A DNA stretch of 64,000 nt. Origin: Kiritimatiellia bacterium (GTDB lineage Bacteria > Verrucomicrobiota > Kiritimatiellia > RFP12 > JBMNHG01). The notes below the pieces were generated by a model that saw nothing but the letters and a program-made list of their open reading frames with translations, was not told the origin of the DNA and made no database searches. This document shows, piece after piece, positions 50,831 to 59,578 of the stretch; the first letter of the stretch is position 1; each line of letters starts with the position of its first letter. The stretch lies in contig JBMNHG010000011.1 in assembly GCA_050950285.1 (NCBI GenBank), forward strand, positions 248,001 through 312,000, given 5' to 3'. The position numbers and the translations under genes were made by a program.

Positions 50831-52699
50831 ATGTGTCCCGCAAACCCCATTGAATTTCACCGTAAAGTTGGCCGATGGAATGGCTCCGTCTGGGACGGCG
50901 ACGGCATACATGGCGCGGCGGACGATCCGGACCGCGACGGGCTTGACAATCTCGGGGAGTTCATCAACGGCACGGATCCGTTCAACGCGGACACGGACGG
51001 CGACGGCAGGCCTGATGGGTGGGAGGTCGGGCAGGGGTTCGATCCGGTCGAAATTGACACCGACGGCGACGGCATGTCCGACTGGTGGGAACGGCGGCAC
51101 GGCATCACCGCCGCCGACGAGCTGAAGGAGATGGACCCCGGCGGCTATGTGTGCGTCTGCACGAACCACCTGACGCCAATCAAGCTGACGCTGAAGCCTG
51201 CCGGTTTGCCCGGCAAACTGACCCTCTCGGCGACGATGGGTGGGGACCGCATCCGCATCTGGAAAGACGCCGGGCGCGCGGTCGAGGTGGTATTGACCAA
51301 TGGCTGCGCCCAGGTGGCGCCCGGCACGCTCTACGTCGAGGGGGTCACCAACAGCGCCGCCCTCCGCGACGTGGAGCTGCGCCTCGAGTACGACGAGAAC
51401 CCGCAAGGCCAAAGCAATCCCCTCTTCAAGTGCGAGGACAGGATAAGGCTGACGGTGATTAAGGTGGACTTGGACATATGGAATGGGGGGAGCGATCTGG
51501 ACAACGGACAGAGCGCCGGAAGCCAGGGTGCGCAGGTTCCCGAAGGCAGCGAGGTTTTGATCGGGGCTTATGTCTTGGTCAACTGGGACGATGACGACGC
51601 CGACGGAACGATGAACGCCGATGGCACATGGTCGGCGCTGCCCGTGCCGGACTTGACAGAAAACTCGGTTGCCAATGAAGACAATCTCGCCAAACTGAAA
51701 CCTACCGTTGAACCGTTGTTAGACATCGGCAGCATAGAGTTGGAGGTGTCCGGCGCAGACGCGGACAAGGTCAAGCTGTGGACGCAGAGCACCAAGGGAA
51801 CAGATGTTGCGCTAGCCTCCGGCAAGAGGACGTGGAATCTCGCCAGTCCAACGGAGAAGGCTGACTTCCAAACCTTTATGAGCGGTGGCTATTGGATCGA
51901 GGGCGTGGATGCCGGAACGGTTGAACGCGGGGTTACTTATACCCTGCGCTACAAGAACAGCGGCGGGACGGAAATCTGCAAGGACGAGAACAAGGCGACC
52001 GTTGTCATGATCAATCTGGCCAACGCGGTCTATCGTGACAACATGATTTGGTCACAGGGTTCGCGAGGTCATGGAGCCTTGGTTTGGCGTTACGCCGGAA
52101 CCTGCACAAGGCCTGACCTTACCAATGACGTCAATTTCATTCTTATCGAAATGGATGGACCAACAGATTACCGAACCCTTGCCACAATTACGCAACAGGC
52201 GGGCTATCCGGCTTACGGATGTTTCAGGAATCCATCGATAACACACGTGCAACGACTTAGAATTATCCAAGCGGCACGCGCATTGGCAGCGCGCGCCCCA
52301 ATCACATATACCGCGACAGATGCGGTACAACCCTACGACTGGGACGGCGCGCTTAACTCCATCACAGCACTGCGTTGCGATAGTTTGATTGAGGTGTGCT
52401 ATGAGATCAACGGCGTGAACGTGTGGGGCATGGAGAGAGATGCGGATAGCCACACTGTTCACTATCCCATCAACGATCAAGCTGACAATTGGAGCTACAA
52501 CGCCACATGGGGTACATGGACAGTGGGCGCAAACAATCGGCCGGACAACCTTGAGGAGCACAATGACTTTGGCGCTATTGGTTGGGACGACACCTTCATG
52601 CCAGCAACTCAATGTGGAAATGTTGCCCCAGTCGAAGCAGACACACGTTTTCAGGCTCAGAATCTTTGCCAACCCGTTGGCAGCACCGGAGGTAATTGA
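50831..52699 (+). CDS. Toxin-like cassette 2: DxDxDG repeats, conserved module, PAD-like Ig domain and permuted papain-like (YiiX-like) C-terminal domain; no signal peptide
   Basis: DPDRDGLDNLGEF.NGTDP, LVNWDDDDADG, and a CT with GHGALV...IEMDG...RCDSLIEVCYE...MPATQ. Confidence 0.7.
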   Translation: MCPANPIEFHRKVGRWNGSVWDGDGIHGAADDPDRDGLDNLGEFINGTDPFNADTDGDGRPDGWEVGQGFDPVEIDTDGDGMSDWWERRHGITAADELKEMDPGGYVCVCTNHLTPIKLTLKPAGLPGKLTLSATMGGDRIRIWKDAGRAVEVVLTNGCAQVAPGTLYVEGVTNSAALRDVELRLEYDENPQGQSNPLFKCEDRIRLTVIKVDLDIWNGGSDLDNGQSAGSQGAQVPEGSEVLIGAYVLVNWDDDDADGTMNADGTWSALPVPDLTENSVANEDNLAKLKPTVEPLLDIGSIELEVSGADADKVKLWTQSTKGTDVALASGKRTWNLASPTEKADFQTFMSGGYWIEGVDAGTVERGVTYTLRYKNSGGTEICKDENKATVVMINLANAVYRDNMIWSQGSRGHGALVWRYAGTCTRPDLTNDVNFILIEMDGPTDYRTLATITQQAGYPAYGCFRNPSITHVQRLRIIQAARALAARAPITYTATDAVQPYDWDGALNSITALRCDSLIEVCYEINGVNVWGMERDADSHTVHYPINDQADNWSYNATWGTWTVGANNRPDNLEEHNDFGAIGWDDTFMPATQCGNVAPVEADTRFQAQNLCQPVGSTGGN

Positions 52700-52700
52700 C

Positions 52701-53495
52701 ATGAAAGATACCGAATTGTTGGCAGGCATATTCCTTGCGGCCCAGCTACTCGTTTATGGCGCAGACCACCACTGGAATCATATCCAACGACTTGTAAAAG
52801 AACATGACTCTCCACAGGGCAATCCACAGTTGGAAACGTACCTAAAAAGTCTCACGCCCGACCAAATGATTCAAGCTGCTCGTGAATATTCCCAGTACGC
52901 AGCCAACAAGTTCCCTGCGGACAATTGGGCCGAGGCCGTTATGGATGTCGGACTTGCCTTGACCTTTTATGGAACTGATCAGGGTGGCCTGACGAATGAC
53001 AGGCTGTGCGTGTTGCTTCAATGTATAGCCGATAAAAACGAAAATGATTTTTTCAGGGAAGCGCTCGTTCGACTTGTTCGGCAGCGGTATTGGGAGCAAA
53101 TGACCGATGACCAACGTCGGCGGAGCAGGCTGTCTTTTCTTGAGGTATTATCGGACAAGAACGCGCCTGGGCGATTGAGGGTCTTGAGTTGTCGGGAACT
53201 CACGCAGGCGCTGGCCGAGAGGCATCGTCGCATTATAATCTCGGACAGGAATATCCGTCCGCTCAGAAGCGACAGGTCGAAATGGCAAAACGTCAATGGT
53301 CTTGTCCGCAATGGCGAGATCCGCCTTGAACCCGAGACACGAAGTGCTCTGAAAACACTTCGGGCCGAGATCGCCGACATCACGCCGGCACTCACCAAGC
53401 TATCACAGAGCGCAGACGAGCCGCCGGAAGTGAAGGACTGTGCGCGTTCGGCTCTGAAGACCCTTGCCGACCTGCCGGTTGCACCTGAACAATGA
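52701..53495 (+). CDS. Helical exported hypothetical protein; candidate immunity protein
   Basis: Starts 1 nt after the cassette 2 stop. Signal-like MKDTELLAGIFLAAQLLVYGA, AT-richer, with a HEAT-like end EVKDCARSALKTL. Confidence 0.65.
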   Translation: MKDTELLAGIFLAAQLLVYGADHHWNHIQRLVKEHDSPQGNPQLETYLKSLTPDQMIQAAREYSQYAANKFPADNWAEAVMDVGLALTFYGTDQGGLTNDRLCVLLQCIADKNENDFFREALVRLVRQRYWEQMTDDQRRRSRLSFLEVLSDKNAPGRLRVLSCRELTQALAERHRRIIISDRNIRPLRSDRSKWQNVNGLVRNGEIRLEPETRSALKTLRAEIADITPALTKLSQSADEPPEVKDCARSALKTLADLPVAPEQ

Positions 53496-53617
53496 CTGTT
53501 GCCAGCAACTTATGGACAAGGCGTATGGACAGTGTGCGAGCCCTCAGCACGCCCTGTCACCAACCGATTACCACACGCAAACACCGCGCTTGCCGACGCG
53601 TCCCGATCATACTCCTT

Positions 53618-53717
53618 CCGCATGGCAAGCCCGTCCATCCCGACATCACGCTCCATTGGGAGGCGGGGAACTCGCTCGCCCTGCTCGGGGGCACCACGGT
53701 TTACACGGACAAAATCG
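53618..53717 (+). repeat. 100-bp direct repeat, copy 2
   Basis: 98/100 identical to 48368-48467, offset 5250 bp. Confidence 0.95.
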
Positions 53718-53879
53718 GGATCACTTGACACTTGGGCCCGACGGCAAGCCCGGAACGGCTACCATCGATGACGACGGCGACGGCGTTATTGATGAAGAGA
53801 ACGATCTTATTAACCCGGCCACAAATAGCGCTGCGCACGGAGATTCAGGCATGGGGAGCTGGAATTTGGAGTTGGGAAA

Positions 53880-53928
53880 GGGGCACGGACATTCCTGTCC
53901 GTGTCACGGGTTGGAAAACCCGTGCCCC
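53880..53928. repeat. REP-like inverted doublet of hairpins
   Basis: GGGG-CACGGACA-TTCC-TGTCCGTG T CACGGGTT-GGAA-AACCCGTG-CCCC. Confidence 0.7.
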
Positions 53929-54096
53929 TGTTTTGCAATATGAATTATGGCCGAGTTAGTAAGAATGCACGATTGTCGGGAAAGGAAGCCGAGAAGTTGT
54001 GGCGTAAGAATAGGTAGAACGATTGTGGCGGCAGTTGTGCCGCCGCACCTCATTTTTCCATGTCCTTCCCCGCGATTCTTCCGTATACTTTCCGAC

Positions 54097-57000
54097 ATGA
54101 AAATCAAGAACATCCTTTTGGCCGTCGGCTGTCTGCTGGCGGCGACGCTCCCCGCCACCGAGACGCAGAACACGTCGATTCGCGTCCTGCCCGCACCCGG
54201 TGCCGTGGAAATCGACGGACGGTTCGACGACTGGGACCTCCGCGGCGGCGTCTTCGCCTGCGGCGAGCTCGAAAACTTGCGGGACCAGTACGCCGTGTGG
54301 ATGCACCTCATGCACGACGCCGAGTATTTCTATGTGCTCGCACGATGGCGTGATTCCACCCCGCTCAACAATACCGAGACCTTCGGAGGCCACGGCTTCA
54401 ATGCCGACTGCCTCCAGTTCCGCACCATCCTCTTCACCGACACCCCGGACGAAACCGCCCTCTGGTGGATGTTCTGGCGCGATGCCGCCGGCACCGACGT
54501 CGCCGACCGCTCCAGCCCCGGCCCCGAAAACGGCCATCCGGACAACGTGCTCGAACCGCTCCCCCGAGCCGCCGGGCACGGCGTGAAGCAGGCCTTCCTC
54601 GTGGATGGGGACGGCAAGGGCTACTCCCAGGAAATCGCCATCCCCTGGAAGCTCATGAGCGCCTCCGGCCGCGTGCCCGCCATCGGCGACACCTTCCGGT
54701 TCACCGTCGAGCCGAACTTCACCGCCGGCTCTTTCGGACGCATCACCATCAAGGACATCTTCGACGAGCGCATCGCCACGCCCGACCGCATCTTCACCTT
54801 CACCGCCTGGCGCCACTGGGGCTGGGCGACGATGGTCGGCCCCGATGCCGAAATCGCCCCGCAACCCGTCAAGACCGCCGACGGCCGCTCGTTCCCCGTC
54901 ACCATGGAGGACGGACTCCCCGTCGTAAACTGGGCCGGCCTGATCCGCCGCTTCGAATGGCCCGGCTTCAAGGAAATCGCCTTCGACATGCCCTTCGACG
55001 GCCGCGTCTCGCTCAACATCCTCGACGGGGAAGGCCACGTCGCCCGCCACCTCCTCAACTGGGAACGTCGCGGGAAAGGCCCGCAAACGACGAAGTGGGA
55101 CGGACTCGACGACGCCGTCTTCCGCACCCCCGGCCATCCCGTCTCCGCCGGCAGCTACGCCTGGAAGGCCATCGCCCATCCCGGCGCGCGCCTCACCTTC
55201 CGCGGGTACGCCTGCTACGGCGGAGCCGCTCCATGGTCCGGCAAGCCCACCGACACCTGGCTCGGCGACCACGGCGTCCCCTCCGACGCCGCCACCGACG
55301 GCACCCGCATGATCCTCGCCTGCAACGGCGCGGAAGGCGGCCGCCACCTCCTCGCCTGCGACTTCGAAGGCCGCGTCGAATGGTCCACCCAAAACACCAC
55401 CGGCATGGGCGACCCCGAATACATCGCCGTCGACGACTCCGCCGTCTACGTGCTCCACGTCTCCTGGAACCCCTCCCAGCCCTTCGCCATCGCGAAGGTC
55501 GACTCCTCCAACGGCGGCTACACCTCCTGGGAAGGCCGCGGCTCCCACCTCCTCTCGCTGGCCGACTGCTGGAGCGACGGCGTCCAGGGCGGACCCCGCG
55601 CCAACGGCATCGCCGCCGGCGGCGGCAAGGTTTTCCTCAGCTACGCCGCCGGAAACGCCCGGGGTGTCGCGATGCTCGACGCCGCCACCGGCAACGCCCT
55701 CGCCTCGTGGCCCCTTCCCGGCGCCCACGCCCTCCACTTCGCGGGCGCCGCCGGCCACGTGCTCGTCGCCACCGCCGACGGCATCTCCACCCTCGATCCC
55801 GCCACCGGCACCATCGCCCCGCTGGTGGAGGGCGTCGACAACATCCGCGGCGTCACCGCCTCCGCCGACGGCTCCACCCTCTACGCCTCCCTCGGCGACC
55901 CCGACATGCAGGTCGCCGCCTACGACGCCGCCACCGGCCGCGAGCTCCGCCGCTACGGCGTCCCCGGCGGCCACCCCCGCGTGGGCAAGTGGAACCCGGA
56001 CGGCATGATCGACCCCGCCGGCCTCGCCGTGGACAAGACGGGCCAGCTCTGGGTCATGGAGCATTACGCCATCCCGAAACGCGTGAGCGTCTGGAAGCTC
56101 GGCGACGGCTCGCTCGTCCGCGACTTCTTCGGCCCCGCCCACTACGGCGCGTCCGGCGCCGCGATCAACCCCCGCGACAAGAACCTCATGGTGGGGGAAG
56201 GCTGCGAATGGCGCCTCGATCCCGAAACCGGCAAGTCCGTCTGCCTCGGTGCCTTCGACACCTCCCTCCACGGCTTCGCCGCTTTCCGGGAAGGCCCCGG
56301 CAACCGCCAGTTCCTCTACCTCGTGAAGATGGGCTACGGAACCGGCGCCATCGAAATCCATGAACGCCTCGGCGATGCCGACTACCGCCTCCTCGCCGTG
56401 ATTCGAAACGATCGCGAAGCCGACGACGGCGGACAGCGCGTGCGCTTCACCGACATCTGGATCGACCGGAATGGCGACGGCCGGGAGCAGCCCGGCGAGG
56501 TCGAAAGCCGCCGCGGCCCCATCAACTTCTCCGGCTCGAACAGCTGGTCCCTCAACCTCGGCCCCGACCTGTCTCTCTACGGCTACTCGCGCGACGAAGG
56601 CATCCTCTGGCGCTTCGCCCCCGGCGGCTTCGCCGAAAACGGCGCGCCGCTCTACTCCTTCGCAACCGCCACCGAAATGCCCCGGGCCATGTCCCACGGC
56701 TACCAGGACAACTACTCCAGCGCCCTCCCGGACTGCGAGAACAAGGTTATCCTCGTGAACCTCCGCGTGGAAGACCACCCCGCCGGCTTTGTCTGGCACG
56801 GCTTCGACCTCGCCAGCGGCGAGCTGCTGTGGACCTACCCGAACCCCTTCTTCCAAGTCCACGGCTCCCACAACGCCCCCGCCTCCGAACCCGGGCTCTT
56901 CCGCGGCGCGTACGGCCCCGTCGGCGCCCTCGCCACCGACGCCACCGGCCCCTTCTGGACCATCAACGGAAACCTCGGCGAATGGTACGCACTCTCCTCG

Positions 57001-58008
57001 GAAGGCTTTTTCCTCACCCAGCTCTTCAGCGGAAACGTCTTCGAATGGGTCTGGCCCGACACCCCCGCCCCCGGCGCCGACATGATGCGCCTGCCCTGCG
57101 GCGGCGGCGGCGAGGACTTCGGCGGCTCCGCCACCCTCGTGAAGGAGGCCGACGGCTCCCTCACTCCCATGATCCAATCCGGAAAGATCGGCATCTGGAA
57201 CATCGAACTCGAAGGACTCGACCAGACCGTCGTAGTGGGCGAGGGGACCCTCGAACTCACGGAGGAGGACACCGCGAAGGCCGCCGAAATGCGCGACCGC
57301 GCCCTCCAGGCCGCCACCGGCGAAAAACGCATCTCCGTCAAGTCCGGCGACATCGCCTTCACCGGAAACCTCTCCGCGGACTTCGCCGGCCGCGACATCG
57401 TCGAGTTCAAGAAGTCCGACGACGCCTCCGTCCGCGCCGCCGCCGCCTATTCCGACACCACCCTCTACCTCGGATGGGAGGTGCGCGACGCCACCCCCTG
57501 GGTCAACGGCGCCTCCGACTACGCCCAGCTCTATGCCTTCGGAGACACCGTCGACTTCCAGCTCGGAACCGATCCCGACGCCCCGGCCGACCGCTCCGGC
57601 GCCGCGAAGGGCGACCTCCGCCTCTCCATCGGCAACCTCCAGGGCACCGCCACCGCCGTCCTCTACCGCTTCGTCTGCGACGAGAAGAAACCCCGCACCT
57701 TCTCTTCCGGCGTCATCCAAGGCTACGAGGTCGATTTCGTCGACATCGTCCGCGACGCGGTCGTCCGCGCCTACCCGATGGGCGACCGCACCGTCGTCGA
57801 AGCCGCCATCCCCCAGGCCGCCCTCGGCGTGGAACTCGCCCCCGGCCTGACACTCCGCGGCGACTTCGGCGCCACCCACGGCACCCCCGCCGGCGACGAC
57901 ACCCGCCTCCGCACCCACTGGGCCAACCAGCAGACGGGCCTCACCGACGACGTGGTCTTCGAACTCCAAATCACCCCCAAGAACTGGGGCACCCTCTCGT
58001 TCGAATAG
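54097..58008 (+). CDS. Large secreted protein with CBM9/DOMON-like ends, FlgD-like Ig domain and NHL-like beta-propeller
   Basis: Signal peptide; IDGRFDDW, VSLNILDGEG..RHL..KWDGLDD, PAGLAVD.TGQLWV and LYLGWEVRD motifs. Confidence 0.7.
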   Translation: MKIKNILLAVGCLLAATLPATETQNTSIRVLPAPGAVEIDGRFDDWDLRGGVFACGELENLRDQYAVWMHLMHDAEYFYVLARWRDSTPLNNTETFGGHGFNADCLQFRTILFTDTPDETALWWMFWRDAAGTDVADRSSPGPENGHPDNVLEPLPRAAGHGVKQAFLVDGDGKGYSQEIAIPWKLMSASGRVPAIGDTFRFTVEPNFTAGSFGRITIKDIFDERIATPDRIFTFTAWRHWGWATMVGPDAEIAPQPVKTADGRSFPVTMEDGLPVVNWAGLIRRFEWPGFKEIAFDMPFDGRVSLNILDGEGHVARHLLNWERRGKGPQTTKWDGLDDAVFRTPGHPVSAGSYAWKAIAHPGARLTFRGYACYGGAAPWSGKPTDTWLGDHGVPSDAATDGTRMILACNGAEGGRHLLACDFEGRVEWSTQNTTGMGDPEYIAVDDSAVYVLHVSWNPSQPFAIAKVDSSNGGYTSWEGRGSHLLSLADCWSDGVQGGPRANGIAAGGGKVFLSYAAGNARGVAMLDAATGNALASWPLPGAHALHFAGAAGHVLVATADGISTLDPATGTIAPLVEGVDNIRGVTASADGSTLYASLGDPDMQVAAYDAATGRELRRYGVPGGHPRVGKWNPDGMIDPAGLAVDKTGQLWVMEHYAIPKRVSVWKLGDGSLVRDFFGPAHYGASGAAINPRDKNLMVGEGCEWRLDPETGKSVCLGAFDTSLHGFAAFREGPGNRQFLYLVKMGYGTGAIEIHERLGDADYRLLAVIRNDREADDGGQRVRFTDIWIDRNGDGREQPGEVESRRGPINFSGSNSWSLNLGPDLSLYGYSRDEGILWRFAPGGFAENGAPLYSFATATEMPRAMSHGYQDNYSSALPDCENKVILVNLRVEDHPAGFVWHGFDLASGELLWTYPNPFFQVHGSHNAPASEPGLFRGAYGPVGALATDATGPFWTINGNLGEWYALSSEGFFLTQLFSGNVFEWVWPDTPAPGADMMRLPCGGGGEDFGGSATLVKEADGSLTPMIQSGKIGIWNIELEGLDQTVVVGEGTLELTEEDTAKAAEMRDRALQAATGEKRISVKSGDIAFTGNLSADFAGRDIVEFKKSDDASVRAAAAYSDTTLYLGWEVRDATPWVNGASDYAQLYAFGDTVDFQLGTDPDAPADRSGAAKGDLRLSIGNLQGTATAVLYRFVCDEKKPRTFSSGVIQGYEVDFVDIVRDAVVRAYPMGDRTVVEAAIPQAALGVELAPGLTLRGDFGATHGTPAGDDTRLRTHWANQQTGLTDDVVFELQITPKNWGTLSFE

Positions 58009-58047
58009 AAAACGCCACGCGCGCGCCCTTCAACGAACCCGTCCCCG

Positions 58048-58083
58048 GCGGCGCGCCGCCCCAAAAACGGCGCGCCGCTTTTT
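58048..58083 (+). terminator. Rho-independent terminator
   Basis: GCGGCGCGCCG / CGGCGCGCCGC 11-bp stem followed by TTTTT. Confidence 0.75.
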
Positions 58084-58117
58084 CCAGCCAAACCCCAGCC
58101 CCATCCTGCCGCAGGGT

Positions 58118-58186
58118 GATCCAGGACAAACGAAGGAACAGATCCAGGACAAACGAGGGAACAGATTTGGGACAAACGAAGGAACA
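58118..58186 (+). repeat. Three tandem copies of a 23-bp unit (GATCCAGGACAAACGAAGGAACA)
   Basis: Units at 58118, 58141 and 58164 with 1-3 substitutions. Confidence 0.92.
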
Positions 58187-58225
58187 GCCTTGTTTTCGAG
58201 GGCTCGTTCCGTTACGATTCTTCGC

Positions 58226-59502
58226 ATGAAAGCATACAAGGCGCGAGTGGTCGATTCACTTCTTCAACGCAAACTTGAAGGGACGGGGGCCGTCCTGATC
58301 GAGGGGCCCAAGTGGTGTGGGAAGACAACAACCGCCGAACAAGTCGCCCAGAGCGTGATCTACATGGCGGAGCCCCGGAAGCGAGACGACAATATCGCCA
58401 TGGCGCGGATGGATCCCGGGCGCATCCTGTCGGGTGCCCGGCCGCGACTGATCGACGAATGGCAAATCGCCCCCGTCCTTTGGGATGCCGTCCGGCATGA
58501 TGTAGATCACGCGGAAGATTTCGGCCGTTTCATCCTCACAGGATCTTCCGTCCCAGCAAACGAAGACGAAATCAAGCATTCGGGCACGGGCCGGTTTTCC
58601 TGGCTCAAAATGCGCCCATGTCGCTATGGGAGTCCGAAGAATCCTCCGGTGAAATTTCCTTTCAAGAATTGTTCTCCGGCGCGGATATCCAAACCGGTTC
58701 GGCAAAATCGTTTGAGCTGGAAGAAATCGCCCGAATCGTCTGCCGCGGAGGATGGCCGCAAGCCATCTCTCTTTCTGGAAATGCCGCCCTTGATCAGGCC
58801 TACAACTATGTCGATGCGGTAGCGAAGAAGGACATTTCGCGCGTTGACGGCACCACGCGCGACGAAGATCGGGCACGTCGCCTGATGCGATCGTATGCCC
58901 GGCTTCAAGGCACGCAGGCATCCGCAAGTGTCATCAAAGAAGATCTGGCCACGAATGAAATGACGTCCATTGACAACGGCACCATCTACTCCTACCTCAA
59001 TGCCTTGAAACGCTTGTTCGTTGTAGAGGACATGCCTGCCTGGAACCCCAATCTTCGTGCGAAGGATTCCATCCGAACTTCCGATGCACGTTATTTTGTC
59101 GATCCGTCGATTGCCGCGGCCGCCTTGGAAATCGGCCCGGAAGACCTGATGAACGACCTCGCGACGTTCGGCCTCTTGTTTGAGACGATGGCCGTCCGCG
59201 ACCTGAGAGCCTATGCCGACGCCCTCGGCGGAACGGTGCGCCACTATCGCGACCGTCACGGTCTGGAATGCGATGCCGTGATGCACCTGAGCAATGGAGC
59301 CTACGGCCTGATCGAAATCAAGCTCGGCGGCGACAAGCTGCTGCAGGCAGGCACGGAAACGCTGACGAAACTTGCGCGCCTGATTGATTCCAAGAAGGTG
59401 CGCAGGCCCGCCTTCAAAATGCTCCTGACCGCCGTGGGCGGTTTTGCCTACCGGCGCGACGACGGCATCCTCGTCTGTCCCCTGTCGGCACTCCGCCCTT
59501 AA
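58226..59502 (+). CDS. AAA+ ATPase with DUF4143 domain, with an apparent -1 frameshift near 58616
   Basis: GPKWCGKTT, LIDEWQ, FILTGS, MRP/MSLWE, GGWP, FVDPS, ECDAV and IEIKLG motifs. Confidence 0.88.
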
Positions 59503-59578
59503 GATTTATGGTGTTCAAAACCAGGGAAAGCTAACACAATGCAAACAATCCTGCGGTAAGATGAGTTGCACGTACGCG

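Noticed and set aside
48368..53717. Diversity-generating retroelement (TR/VR pair)
   Set aside because: No reverse transcriptase in the window; only two mismatches in the 100-bp repeat and no adenine-specific pattern in the duplicated module.
53956..57969. Long antisense or alternative-frame ORFs (also 6575-8758, 22699-25158, 26437-29961, 31350-33338, 37062-40208)
   Set aside because: Shadow ORFs of GC-rich real genes with no recognisable motifs.
58118..58186. Possible CRISPR mini-array
   Set aside because: Units are contiguous with no spacers and no cas genes are present.
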